Source: a virus | Lineage: Duplodnaviria > Caudoviricetes | IMG/VR virus record: IMGVR_UViG_3300044740_000023 | Coordinates: 1 to 64,000 of that record | Reading direction: 5' to 3' (one strand) | DNA length: 64,000 nucleotides | Shown: one piece after another, positions 1-8,392 of the stretch | Layout of the letters: every line of letters starts with the position of its first letter | Numbering within the stretch: position 1 is the first letter of the stretch | The notes under the pieces: generated by a model | What the model was told of the DNA's origin: nothing | Databases searched by the model: none | The model's input: the letters and a program-made list of their open reading frames with translations, nothing else | Program-made: the position numbers and the translations under genes

Positions 1-43
1 ACTCAGCCGGGGCGCACACGATCCTCAACGACACCCCGTCGTT

Positions 44-532
44 CTACGGAACGATCTCGGCGGCGCGGAAGGTGATCCCGTAGCGGAGCGTCTGCACCGT
101 TTCGAGTTCTTCCGCCGACTCAAGGCTGACGACTTCGCCGTTCGCCTTGACTTCGAGTTTGCCGCTCGCGTCGATCAGCGCGATTGCAGGCCGGTACTCT
201 TCCGGCAGCGTGGCGATGAGCGCGGTTTCGCCCACGACAACCCACATGGTCGGTTTCGTGGACGGTTTGTTTTCGTCGGTTTCTTTCGCGACGAGGCCAG
301 CGCCTTCGGCCTTGTAGACTTTGCCGCCTTCGACGGCGAGTTCGCCTTCTTTGTACTTCTGTTTTTTCCACGCTTTCGCGTTGGCGTTTTTCACGCGCAG
401 CGCGAGCGTGACCTGATCGCCGCGACGCCAGAGGTCGCAGCCTTTTTCGGGCGCTTCCGTCCACGTCGGGTTGAGGGCGACAGTCTCGCTGTCAACGACG
501 ATCTCGCTGCCCTCTTCAAACGTCGCCTTCAT
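44..532 (-). CDS. tail-fibre-like/adhesin-like protein
   Basis: RRGDQVTL...ATLPEEYRP...LEVKANGEV pattern typical of phage fibre domains; SD AAGGAG upstream of ATG. Confidence 0.55.
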   Translation of the reverse strand: MKATFEEGSEIVVDSETVALNPTWTEAPEKGCDLWRRGDQVTLALRVKNANAKAWKKQKYKEGELAVEGGKVYKAEGAGLVAKETDENKPSTKPTMWVVVGETALIATLPEEYRPAIALIDASGKLEVKANGEVVSLESAEELETVQTLRYGITFRAAEIVP

Positions 533-565
533 GTTCTCTCCTTCTTCGGGATGGCGGCTGACGGA

Positions 566-571
566 AGCCTA
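566..571 (-). promoter_or_regulatory. putative -10 element TAGGCT for 44..532
   Basis: TAnnnT hexamer, same as at 2162 and 11204; GATTCAAGTC motif variant at 583-592 just upstream. Confidence 0.35.
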
Positions 572-706
572 CAGGATGGCCCGACTTGAATCGCGTTGCA
601 GACGGCGGACCTCTTCCTGCCGGTCGGCCTCACCGGACGCGCGACAGAGCGCGAGCACGAGCAGCACGCAGATCACAACCAGGAATGTCACGCCCCCGAT
701 CAGCAT
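569..706 (-). CDS. small membrane protein (45 aa)
   Basis: MLIGGVTFLVVICVLLVLAL hydrophobic helix followed by charged tail. Confidence 0.45.
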   Translation of the reverse strand: MLIGGVTFLVVICVLLVLALCRASGEADRQEEVRRLQRDSSRAIL

Positions 707-752
707 GAGACAGGCGGCGAGGGCCGGTCGCCCGACCCTCGCCTGAAGCGCT

Positions 753-1382
753 CTAGCTCGTGCCGCCCGGTCCCTCGACCGACTGCTCGCCACCGGGGAG
801 CGGTGCGGGCGGGTTGCCGTCACCGGCTTCGCCAGCTTCACCGGACGGGGCGGTGCCGCCGCCCGAAGTCGAGCCACCGCTCGCGCCTTCGGGAGCGCCG
901 CCAGCTTCACCGGCAGGCGCGCCGCCGCCTTCGGGAGCCGGTTCGCCGGGAGTCGGCGTACCGCTGCCGCCTTCGGCGGGAGGCTGCGTCGTGCCCGAGC
1001 CGCCCGTGAGCTTTTCGGCTTCGCTCGCGACAGGTGCTAGTTTTTCCTGCACCCTTTCGACCTGCGCGAGTTCGCCCTTGGCGGTCGCGAGTTCGGCTTC
1101 GAGCGTGGCCTTCGCCGCGTCGTCGGCGGCGAGGTTGGCGAGAGCTTCTTCCTTCTCTTTGACGGTCGCTTCGAGTTCCGCCTTGAGCGCGGCGTTCTCG
1201 CCCTGAAGCGTGCTGATCTCGGTCGCGAGCGCCGGGATCGCGGTTGCGAGGACCTCCTCCTCGACTTCAAGTCCTGCGATGTTGATGCCCATAGATGCGA
1301 GCCTTTCGTATATGGCGACGAGGACCCGTTCGAGCCAACTCTTGAATCGCTCTCCGGGCTGTCGCTTGGGGTCGTTGTTCAT
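753..1382 (-). CDS. coiled-coil protein with Gly/Pro-rich C-terminus
   Basis: 209-aa ORF, ATGA overlap with upstream gene. Confidence 0.7.
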   Translation of the reverse strand: MNNDPKRQPGERFKSWLERVLVAIYERLASMGINIAGLEVEEEVLATAIPALATEISTLQGENAALKAELEATVKEKEEALANLAADDAAKATLEAELATAKGELAQVERVQEKLAPVASEAEKLTGGSGTTQPPAEGGSGTPTPGEPAPEGGGAPAGEAGGAPEGASGGSTSGGGTAPSGEAGEAGDGNPPAPLPGGEQSVEGPGGTS

Positions 1383-2149
1383 GCGGAGATGATCGCATCA
1401 GATGCTACGGACAGAACATCGGTTCCCGCAACCTGCGAGAGTTTCTCGGCTGTCTGCGCCCACAGGTCCGCCGACTCGCTGTCGAGATAGGTCTCGTAGA
1501 CCTTGCGCGCGCGCGTGAACACCTCGTCGCGTTCCTCATCGTTCTGACAGACACCGAGCAACGTCGGCAGGCCGGTGCCGATGCTCTCCGCGATCTCGAC
1601 GGGCGCGGCGGCGCGGCCCTCGGCGTAGAAGCGAACCTCGACCGGCTCAGGGAGCATGAAGAGCACTCCGTTCGCGCGCATCAGCGGAGCCGGTTCGCTG
1701 ACGACGTACACCACCGCGATGCCGGGGTTACGCTCGATCATCATGCCCGCCGCCTCCTTCGCCTCGCCGGGGAGCGAGTTGTCACGCCGACGCGCGTGCG
1801 GGCGGGTGAGGAACGGACAGGCGCGCGCGGCGTAGTCCGCGCATTCCAGGTGCGAGGGCGGCTCCGCGTTGATCCGGTTGACGAGGCACATCGGCCCGAT
1901 CACGAACGCGCGATACTTGCCGAGGCGCTCGCCGCAGAGCCAGCACCGCGATTCCTTGATCGCCTGCACCAGACGCCGCTCGCTCATCACGCGGAACTCG
2001 GGCTTGCCCTCACCGGGCTGCACTTCCCTCTCGCTCTCATCGAGCCACGGCACAAACCACGGGACGGGGTAGCCACGGTCGTCGATCTTGAGTCCTCGCA
2101 TCTTGCGGGGAAGCTCAGGCAACTCCGCACGCATGTCGGTCATTCGCAT
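1379..2149 (-). CDS. conserved phage hypothetical protein (Cys/His-rich)
   Basis: GYPVPWFVPW, CWLCG, EPPSHLECA..CPFL motifs; SD GGAGAAGGAG. Confidence 0.75.
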   Translation of the reverse strand: MRMTDMRAELPELPRKMRGLKIDDRGYPVPWFVPWLDESEREVQPGEGKPEFRVMSERRLVQAIKESRCWLCGERLGKYRAFVIGPMCLVNRINAEPPSHLECADYAARACPFLTRPHARRRDNSLPGEAKEAAGMMIERNPGIAVVYVVSEPAPLMRANGVLFMLPEPVEVRFYAEGRAAAPVEIAESIGTGLPTLLGVCQNDEERDEVFTRARKVYETYLDSESADLWAQTAEKLSQVAGTDVLSVASDAIISA

Positions 2150-2161
2150 CTCCTTCTCCAG

Positions 2162-2167
2162 TAGGCT
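2162..2167 (+). promoter_or_regulatory. -10 element of probable leaderless transcript
   Basis: TAGGCT then 6 nt then ATG at 2174; no SD. Confidence 0.5.
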
Positions 2168-2173
2168 CGCGCC

Positions 2174-2875
2174 ATGCTACCTACACCGACACCCCAACTT
2201 GTAATCGTCAACGAGAGCACGAAGGTCGATCAGCAATGGTGCTGGAACATGGCTTGGGTGCTCCAATATCAGATCAGGTGGCAGTTCGCACCGATCTGGA
2301 AGCTCCTTGCGGAAGTTCTGCACCTCGAACCGGGCCAGCCGATCCCGTCCGGCGCGTGCGTGCTGCACCTGATCGACAAGCTCGCGGAAGCCGAAGGTGC
2401 TCTCGGGTTCCACGACGAGGACGGCAACGAGGTTCCCTATGGGCACATCGGCATCGAGACCTCGCTCGAAGCCGGTGTTCAACCATCTGAAGTTGTGTCA
2501 CATGAGGGGCTGGAGCTTCTGGCCGATCCGCACGTCAACCTCACCGCGTTCGACCCGACCAACGACCGGCTCTATCCCGTCGAGGTTGGCGACCCGGTGC
2601 AGGGCGGCAGCTACGACCTCGGCGCGCCGTACAACCGCAAAACCGGCTGGATCGTGGCCGACTTCGTGGACACGAGTTGGTTCGACCCGAACACGCCTGC
2701 GCATCAGCCGACGAGCTACCGGCACACCGTCAGCGGGCCGTTCGCACTCGGGAAAGGCGGCTACGTCAGCTACGCGACGACGCTGCCGCCCAACTACCAG
2801 CAGGAACTCGACCGCGACGCCAACCCGAAGCTCGTCGAGGCCGACCACCGCCTACAGCGGCGCATGGCCGCGTAG
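2174..2875 (+). CDS. putative metallopeptidase-like protein
   Basis: HEGLE (HExxE) motif, 233 aa, normal codon usage. Confidence 0.55.
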   Translation: MLPTPTPQLVIVNESTKVDQQWCWNMAWVLQYQIRWQFAPIWKLLAEVLHLEPGQPIPSGACVLHLIDKLAEAEGALGFHDEDGNEVPYGHIGIETSLEAGVQPSEVVSHEGLELLADPHVNLTAFDPTNDRLYPVEVGDPVQGGSYDLGAPYNRKTGWIVADFVDTSWFDPNTPAHQPTSYRHTVSGPFALGKGGYVSYATTLPPNYQQELDRDANPKLVEADHRLQRRMAA

Positions 2876-2876
2876 A

Positions 2877-3218
2877 TCACAGCCACCCGCGCTCGCACGC
2901 CGTCAGGACGGCTTGCGCGCAGTTGTGGACGCCGAGCTTCGCGTACAGCGCGTGGCGATGCGAGCGCACGGTGGACTTCTGGATGCCGAGGCGCAGCGCG
3001 ATCTCCCCGACGCCGAGACCGCGCGCGAGCAGCGTCACGACCTGCCGCTGACGGCGCGTGAGCGGCGAGGGAAGCGGGCGGCACTCGCGCGCGTAGGCTT
3101 GAATCCTACGGCCCCATGCGCGCCACTCCTCAAGCTCGCGGCGGCGGGCGTATTCCCTGCGTTCCGGCTGCTTCGTCAGCGCCATTGCGACGAGCGCGCG
3201 CGTGCGCGGGCCGTCCAT
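2877..3218 (-). CDS. LuxR-family HTH regulator
   Basis: LTRRQRQVVTLLARGL..GEIA..L.I..STVRSH...LYAKLGV. Confidence 0.85.
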   Translation of the reverse strand: MDGPRTRALVAMALTKQPERREYARRRELEEWRAWGRRIQAYARECRPLPSPLTRRQRQVVTLLARGLGVGEIALRLGIQKSTVRSHRHALYAKLGVHNCAQAVLTACERGWL

Positions 3219-3402
3219 GCCGAGAACGTATGTTTCGAGCCGGACGTAGAACGGCGCGCCGTCAGCCCCCTGGCGCGCCGTTGTGGGCGGGGATGCGGGT
3301 TCACCTCAACCTGGACTGCCGCCCAACCGATCTTTCAGGTCGCTCCGCAGCCTAGCAAGGGCTTCTGATACGGTGCCGTGACCGCCCCGTCGTAAGAGGG
3401 CG

Positions 3403-3993
3403 ATGCGGACTGAGCCGGTGTTGCGCTCCGTCCGAGCCGCAGGGAGCTTCCATCTCCCTGGACCCGAACGAAGGAGGTTCGACAGCATTCTCCGTGCTGC
3501 CGCGCTGCTCTCAGTTGTTGTACCACTCACCGCAGTCACGTCAAGCCGAATATCGCCCGCACATGCGGGTAAAGCGCATGGACGCACCATTCCCACAGGG
3601 AGGCACCATGTCCGGCATCGAGTACGTCACACCCGAGGTTGTCGCTCGCTACCGTGCGACCGCCGAGTCGGAAGGTCGTGGTGGATCAGGCACCACCCGC
3701 GACCGGCTGCGCCGCAGGGTGCAGTCGCTCTCGCAAGCTGGTTCAACGACGCGGGAGGGACCGCGTGCGAAACGCACGCTACCTACGGGTTCGCTGATCG
3801 CACGCTACCTTGCGGAACTCAGGTCACGTTCCAGGCCGTCGATGACGCGGGCCACGCAATCGGCCCGGTCGTCACGGGCGAAGTCGAGGATCGCGGGCCG
3901 TTCATCGCAGGCCGCGAATTCGATCTGAACCCGACGCTCAAGTCGGCGCTCGCCTGCTCCGACCTCTGCAAAGTGCGCTACCGCATCGGGTAG
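3403..3993 (+). CDS. secreted RlpA-like double-psi beta-barrel (lytic transglycosylase-like); real start possibly ATT at 3487
   Basis: ASWF..., TLPCGTQV, VEDRGPFIAGREFDL motifs; signal peptide ending AHA. Confidence 0.8.
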   Translation: MRTEPVLRSVRAAGSFHLPGPERRRFDSILRAAALLSVVVPLTAVTSSRISPAHAGKAHGRTIPTGRHHVRHRVRHTRGCRSLPCDRRVGRSWWIRHHPRPAAPQGAVALASWFNDAGGTACETHATYGFADRTLPCGTQVTFQAVDDAGHAIGPVVTGEVEDRGPFIAGREFDLNPTLKSALACSDLCKVRYRIG

Positions 3994-4220
3994 ACTCGCA
4001 CTCGGGCCGTCCGGGGCACCCAAGCCAACTTCAGGCTCTCTCCTCCCCGGACGGCCCTGCGCGCGATTACGCCGAGGTCCAAGGTCGCTTCGTCGGGGGA
4101 ACGGGTGCCGAGGCGCAGCCCTTCGTGGAAGCGGTACGCGGCCTCGCTGCCGGGCATGAACCGGGCGAGCGGTTCGGGCAGTAACTCAGGCTGCGAGTGC
4201 GGTCGTCGCCAGAGCCTCAT
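3978..4220 (-). CDS. hypothetical protein
   Basis: ATGA overlap with upstream gene; last gene of cassette run. Confidence 0.5.
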   Translation of the reverse strand: MRLWRRPHSQPELLPEPLARFMPGSEAAYRFHEGLRLGTRSPDEATLDLGVIARRAVRGGESLKLAWVPRTARVRVYPMR

Positions 4221-4606
4221 ACGTCCGTCGCTTCTGCCACTTCCGAGACGGTGTCGCGGGCCTTCTGGCCCCCGTCGCTCTCAATGGCTGACTTGTCGGT
4301 GTCGGGCGTGGCGGTGTAGTTATCCTCATCTGCGTAGAAGCTCAGAGCCTCGCGATAGCGTCGCTTTGCCTCAACCTCGTTCATCGGTTCTCCTTTCGGT
4401 TCCCAAAGTCCCACCTGGTGTTGTCCTTCGTGAGTGCGAGCCCCAGGGTCGGCGTCAAATGCCGCTTCCATGTCAGGCCCTGAGCGCCAGCCGTCCGCGT
4501 AGCAGTTGTCACAGATGCCGGGTGAAGTGGTCATCGGGTTCTCAACGAGCGGCCCTTTGCAGACCGCGCAGCCGGATTCGTGCGGGCCATGCTTTCGCTC
4601 ACTCAC
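4217..4606 (-). CDS. cassette protein (CxxC pairs; internal start at 4384)
   Basis: starts MSERKH at degenerate junction repeat; internal SD AAGGAG before ATG at 4384. Confidence 0.65.
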   Translation of the reverse strand: MSERKHGPHESGCAVCKGPLVENPMTTSPGICDNCYADGWRSGPDMEAAFDADPGARTHEGQHQVGLWEPKGEPMNEVEAKRRYREALSFYADEDNYTATPDTDKSAIESDGGQKARDTVSEVAEATDV

Positions 4607-4818
4607 CAGCCGTGCTCCTTCGCGAGCTTCCTGCCGCGTGCGACGGCGCGCACTGTCTCCCACGGCAGCCACTCATCGGGCGGCGAAATCATGCCCAATC
4701 CTTCGAGGCTCATACCACGCGCCTCCACTTCCGCCTGCGTCATGCCCATCTTCTGCGCGCGCACTCGACCACGCGCTCGTAGGCGTGCACGCTGCAATCG
4801 TTCGTCTCGCTCACTCAC
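4603..4818 (-). CDS. cassette protein, 71 aa
   Basis: GTG start inside junction repeat (MSERDERL). Confidence 0.65.
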   Translation of the reverse strand: MSERDERLQRARLRARGRVRAQKMGMTQAEVEARGMSLEGLGMISPPDEWLPWETVRAVARGRKLAKEHGW

Positions 4819-5053
4819 GGCTCGACGCTCCCAACGAGGCAATGTCGTCGCCGTAGTAGTTGGGCGCGGGGCGGCGGGCGTCGTCGGCCAGCTTCCGGGC
4901 GATGAACCGCGCATCGCATCCGGGGCACCGCTCACTCGTCTGCGTGATCGGCTCGGTGTCGCGGCCCCACATCCACTCCGCACTCGTACCGCCGTAGCCG
5001 CACGCGCTGCATTGGCAGTTCCAGTCGCGAACGATCATCGTCGCCTCACTCAC
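4811..5053 (-). CDS. cassette protein with CxxC pairs, 80 aa
   Basis: MSEATM...CQCSACG...RCPGC; ends GASSRE in repeat. Confidence 0.65.
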   Translation of the reverse strand: MSEATMIVRDWNCQCSACGYGGTSAEWMWGRDTEPITQTSERCPGCDARFIARKLADDARRPAPNYYGDDIASLGASSRE

Positions 5054-5055
5054 GG

Positions 5056-5160
5056 CTAGGCTCCCGTCGTGATGTGCCGAGGCGCGGTGTAGAAGCGCAT
5101 CCCGTCCTCGACCTCGACTGACCACTCAACACGCTCATCACCATGCGCTCGCTCGCTCAT
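5056..5160 (-). CDS. cassette peptide, 34 aa
   Basis: MSERAHG...VEDGMRFYTAPRH; paralogous to part of 5823..6242. Confidence 0.5.
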   Translation of the reverse strand: MSERAHGDERVEWSVEVEDGMRFYTAPRHITTGA

Positions 5161-5366
5161 AAGCCCTTCGCGCTCCCATCGGTGGCCTCGGCGAGGGCGG
5201 CACGAGCGATGTCCTGCATTACGTCGGCCACTGAGTCGTATTCCCGGCCGATCGGCACCCTTCGTTCCGCAATCTTCGTCAGGGCTGTTTCGAACAACTC
5301 GCTGCGCCTTCTGATGCAGCAAGCGGAACATCCTGCGACCGGCTCTAGGCCTGCTCTCAGTTTCAT
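5157..5366 (-). CDS. cassette protein, 69 aa
   Basis: SD GGAGG, ATGA overlaps at both ends. Confidence 0.6.
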   Translation of the reverse strand: MKLRAGLEPVAGCSACCIRRRSELFETALTKIAERRVPIGREYDSVADVMQDIARAALAEATDGSAKGL

Positions 5367-5452
5367 AAGCGCAGCCCCCCCTCCTTGCGGTGGGTGATCC
5401 AGTAGACGAGGGCGAACGGCACCGCTGCCAAGTGGGTGATGACTCGTCTCAT
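5363..5452 (-). CDS. small hydrophobic peptide, 29 aa
   Basis: MRRVITHLAAVPFALVYWITH; ATGA overlaps. Confidence 0.45.
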   Translation of the reverse strand: MRRVITHLAAVPFALVYWITHRKEGGLRL

Positions 5453-5826
5453 GCAACGCTCCCCGTGCATCGCTCGCCCCTCGCGGGGCAGCCGGTGTCG
5501 TCGCACTCGGGTCCCTCGTCGTCGGGATTGAGCGGCCCACGGCACACCCAGCAGAGCCGCGGGTGTCCCAATGGCAGGCGCTTGACCCACTCGGGCGGCT
5601 CGCTCGCCTCGTAGGCTGGATCGAGCAGCGTGCCGCCATCACCGACGTAGCCGCAGGCGAGACAGCGGTGGATGCCGACACCTGGGAAGTGTCCACGCTC
5701 ATGCTCGGCACCGCAGTCGCAGCGCCAGCGACGAGGGGGGTAGCCTGCCGCAAGATCGGCGCGCTCCGACGCCTGCGCGTCAGCGTGAACCTCGCGGTCA
5801 ATGAGGGGATCGGGGTGATATCTCAC
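5449..5826 (-). CDS. Cys-rich cassette protein
   Basis: CDCG, CLACG, CWVC motifs; GTGA overlap. Confidence 0.65.
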   Translation of the reverse strand: MRYHPDPLIDREVHADAQASERADLAAGYPPRRWRCDCGAEHERGHFPGVGIHRCLACGYVGDGGTLLDPAYEASEPPEWVKRLPLGHPRLCWVCRGPLNPDDEGPECDDTGCPARGERCTGSVA

Positions 5827-6242
5827 TTGGCTGCCCCCCTTGACGATCTGAGCGAGGCAAGTCCGTCCTCGATGCGATGGCCGTTGACGCACTTGGCGCG
5901 GACCGGCTCGTTGAGGTGCATATCGGCCCTGACCAGCCTGGCACCGCACAACGCACACGAGCTACTCGACGCTCCGATGTATCGCGGCACCGTGTAGAGA
6001 CGCATACCGTCCTCGACTACGATCTCGACCTCCACGCGCTCGTCATCGCCAGATCGCTCAAGCCACACGTCCCACTCATCGAACGAGTTGTGCGTCTCGA
6101 CGCCACCATCAGCCCTGAGCGCCCAAGAGCCGCTGAATCGCACGCGAGAGAGGCCGAGAATGTCGGAGCGCGTGAGGCGGTCCACGATGATGATGTGCGG
6201 CTCGCCGTCCACATACACAACGCGCCTCCTTCGCTCACTCAC
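5823..6242 (-). CDS. cassette protein, 139 aa
   Basis: starts MSERRRR in repeat. Confidence 0.7.
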   Translation of the reverse strand: MSERRRRVVYVDGEPHIIIVDRLTRSDILGLSRVRFSGSWALRADGGVETHNSFDEWDVWLERSGDDERVEVEIVVEDGMRLYTVPRYIGASSSSCALCGARLVRADMHLNEPVRAKCVNGHRIEDGLASLRSSRGAAK

Positions 6243-6459
6243 GGCTCGACGCTCCCCGAGCCGCAGCGTCCAGTCGCGCGACTGCTGCTGGATTCGTGAT
6301 CCGTTCTATGTTGCCGATCCGATCCTCGCTGCCCTCAAAGCGGACGGCCCAGAAGGTCCAGTCACCTGCGCTACTGCGGGATAGCTCGACCACAATCCCG
6401 TCACCGATCAAGTCGTAGCACCCGACCTCCCCGCGCGCTTCCATCCGTAGCTCACTCAC
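6235..6459 (-). CDS. cassette protein, 74 aa
   Basis: MSELRM...GASSRE; bounded by repeats. Confidence 0.65.
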   Translation of the reverse strand: MSELRMEARGEVGCYDLIGDGIVVELSRSSAGDWTFWAVRFEGSEDRIGNIERITNPAAVARLDAAARGASSRE

Positions 6460-6742
6460 GGCTCGACGCTCCGACAGCGTGCCAGTCGGGTTCCCGACAG
6501 GTCGCATCGCGGTGACAGTCCCACTCGACCCAGCGGGAGCGACGGCGCATCCAGTAGCGGCGACCGCGCGTGACGGGATTGATCCACACTCGCTGAATCT
6601 CGAACAGGTCCGGCCATTTCCAGCGCGCCGCAAGCCGCTCCATCGCCGCCCGCGCTTCGGCGGGGCGCTTGAATCCCTTGGCGTGTACGCCCGCGCCGTT
6701 GCTCGTCACGACCTCATAGCTGTAGTTCCGGCGCTCACTCAC
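6452..6742 (-). CDS. cassette protein, 96 aa
   Basis: MSERRNY...GASSRE; bounded by repeats. Confidence 0.7.
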   Translation of the reverse strand: MSERRNYSYEVVTSNGAGVHAKGFKRPAEARAAMERLAARWKWPDLFEIQRVWINPVTRGRRYWMRRRSRWVEWDCHRDATCREPDWHAVGASSRE

Positions 6743-6939
6743 GGCTCGACGCTCCCGACTTCCTTGAGCGCGTCACGGGCCACGTTGCCCCGGTCGCTCT
6801 CAATTGCGGACCTGCCGGTCGTGTCGAGCTTGCCGGTCCAGTTGTCCTCGCTTGCGTAGAAGGTCAGGGCGAGTTCGAGGATGCGGAGCTTTTCTTCGGG
6901 GGTTTTGCCTTCGGCCATTTCTGCTTGCCTCGCTTTCAC
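6739..6939 (-). CDS. cassette protein, 66 aa
   Basis: ALTFYASEDN...SAIESD.G..ARD, paralog of 4217..4384; ends GSVEP. Confidence 0.65.
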   Translation of the reverse strand: MKARQAEMAEGKTPEEKLRILELALTFYASEDNWTGKLDTTGRSAIESDRGNVARDALKEVGSVEP

Positions 6940-6994
6940 GATTTCGCCTGCGGCGAAGGTCCGGTCACGGTCATTATCGGCCTCGGTCGCTCAC

Positions 6995-7573
6995 TCACGG
7001 CTCGACGCTCCGGGGGTCGTCCCTCACCCTCGCCGCTCCTGTTGGGGGGTGAGCCTGCGCTTGGCTTGGAAGGGCTTGGACTTGGGCGGCGACGGCCGCG
7101 ACCACCTCGCCTAGCCGCATACCGCCCTGCTCGATACCTAAGTGGGTCGCTGCCTCTCGGATTGCTTTCGCCTGCTTGCCGGTCAGGTCGTGAAAGCGCC
7201 CGAGTGCGTCCCGCTTGGCGGCGTCACGTTCCTCCGCGATGAACTCGATGCGGGCGTTGAGGGTGTCGCGCTCTTGCGTCACCTTCGCAAGAGCATCCAA
7301 GGCTGCGTACTCCTTATCGCTGATGCCCTCCCTCACCCTCGCCGCTCCTGTTGGGGGGTGAGCGATCCCCAGTGCTGTCGCCCTCCTAGAGAGAATGTGG
7401 TCGTAATCCGACATAGCTTTCGACTGTTCGCGGAGCCGATGCTGTTCGTCAAGCGGCAGGCCATAGAAGCCGTCGGAACCGATGAACAGGCTGAGCTTGA
7501 GCCGACGATCGCGCAGCTCAAGCAGCTCCTTACGCAGGCGCGTCTTGAAGTCGCTTTGACCCGGATGCGTCAT
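6995..7573 (-). CDS. two-module cassette protein (helical hairpin phage domain + coiled coil)
   Basis: EL..R..KL..F.....F..L...EQ..L..Q...M..Y..IL..R pattern; AHPPTGAARVR twice. Confidence 0.7.
   Translation of the reverse strand: MTHPGQSDFKTRLRKELLELRDRRLKLSLFIGSDGFYGLPLDEQHRLREQSKAMSDYDHILSRRATALGIAHPPTGAARVREGISDKEYAALDALAKVTQERDTLNARIEFIAEERDAAKRDALGRFHDLTGKQAKAIREAATHLGIEQGGMRLGEVVAAVAAQVQALPSQAQAHPPTGAARVRDDPRSVEP
7020..7363. repeat. 35-bp perfect direct repeat (7020-7054, 7329-7363)
   Basis: TCCCTCACCCTCGCCGCTCCTGTTGGGGGGTGAGC twice, 309 bp apart. Confidence 0.95.
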
Positions 7574-7893
7574 TGGTCTGCCTCCTTCGTGGACATTTCG
7601 CCCCTTCTCGTCGGGCCGGTTACGGGACAGACTGCGCAGTAGACAAGCCCTAACTCGGGGTGTCGGGCGCGATCGCCTTGCCGACAGTTGGAGCAGCCGA
7701 GCAGCAACGCGTTGAGCGGCACGCACGGTTCGCCGTTGGCCTTCTTCTCCGCTACGTACTCCCTCAAGCGGGTGCGGCGGCGTAGCTCGTGCTCGACGGT
7801 GATGTTGAAGTGGCGGGCGGCGACAGCCACGTTCTTCACGATTTCGTTTCGGCGCTTCGCGATTTCATGGCGGCGCTTCCTTCGCTCACTCAC
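7570..7893 (-). CDS. cassette protein, 107 aa
   Basis: MSERRKRR start in repeat; CSNC/CAVC. Confidence 0.65.
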   Translation of the reverse strand: MSERRKRRHEIAKRRNEIVKNVAVAARHFNITVEHELRRRTRLREYVAEKKANGEPCVPLNALLLGCSNCRQGDRARHPELGLVYCAVCPVTGPTRRGEMSTKEADQ

Positions 7894-8150
7894 GGCTCGA
7901 CGCTCCGGCGTAGAGCCTCACGCGCGATAGCCCGTATTCGGCCAATGTCAGCGTCGCTCGCCAGCCAGCGCCCGCTTTCGATTTCGCTCAGCGCCTCTCG
8001 ATAGCGCGCCTCTCTGCGCCAAGCCTGGTCGGTGAGAGCATCTACGACCCCCTGCGCGAGCGCGGGCGTGTCCATGACGCCGACGAGTTCGTCGTCTAAA
8101 TAGATCGTGCGCCCAACCTTGCGGCCCACGCGCCACCTTCGCTCACTCAC
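7890..8150 (-). CDS. cassette protein, 86 aa
   Basis: MSERRWRVGRKVGRTIY...RRSVEP; bounded by repeats. Confidence 0.7.
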   Translation of the reverse strand: MSERRWRVGRKVGRTIYLDDELVGVMDTPALAQGVVDALTDQAWRREARYREALSEIESGRWLASDADIGRIRAIAREALRRSVEP

Positions 8151-8392
8151 GGCTCGACGCTCCGGGGGGTGAGGGATTTCTGGAACGCGCGCAGACAGTC
8201 GATGATGCGTTCGTACTGCTCGATCAGGGCTTCGTGTTCCTCCTGCGACCCAACGAGCTTCAGGTCCCCTGCCGTCGCGTGGCCCCGCGCGATGTAGCTG
8301 ACCCACTTGCGGTGACTCTCGCGCATGGCGGCGGCATCTTTGATCGCCTGCGAAACGTCGTCCGCGCTCGGTTTCCACCTAGCGGCGCTCAT
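8147..8392 (-). CDS. cassette protein, 81 aa
   Basis: MSAARW...PRSVEP. Confidence 0.65.
   Translation of the reverse strand: MSAARWKPSADDVSQAIKDAAAMRESHRKWVSYIARGHATAGDLKLVGSQEEHEALIEQYERIIDCLRAFQKSLTPRSVEP

Noticed and set aside
3345-3480. c-di-AMP (ydaO) riboswitch upstream of the RlpA-like gene
   Set aside because: Only fragments resemble it (GCAAGGG, GGGAGCTTCC, CCCGAAC); the conserved GTCAGCTAAC segment is absent
4807-8163. 25-bp repeats as a CRISPR array
   Set aside because: Spacing is 200-1400 bp and irregular, spacers are ORFs, and the only Cas4-like gene sits in the replication cluster
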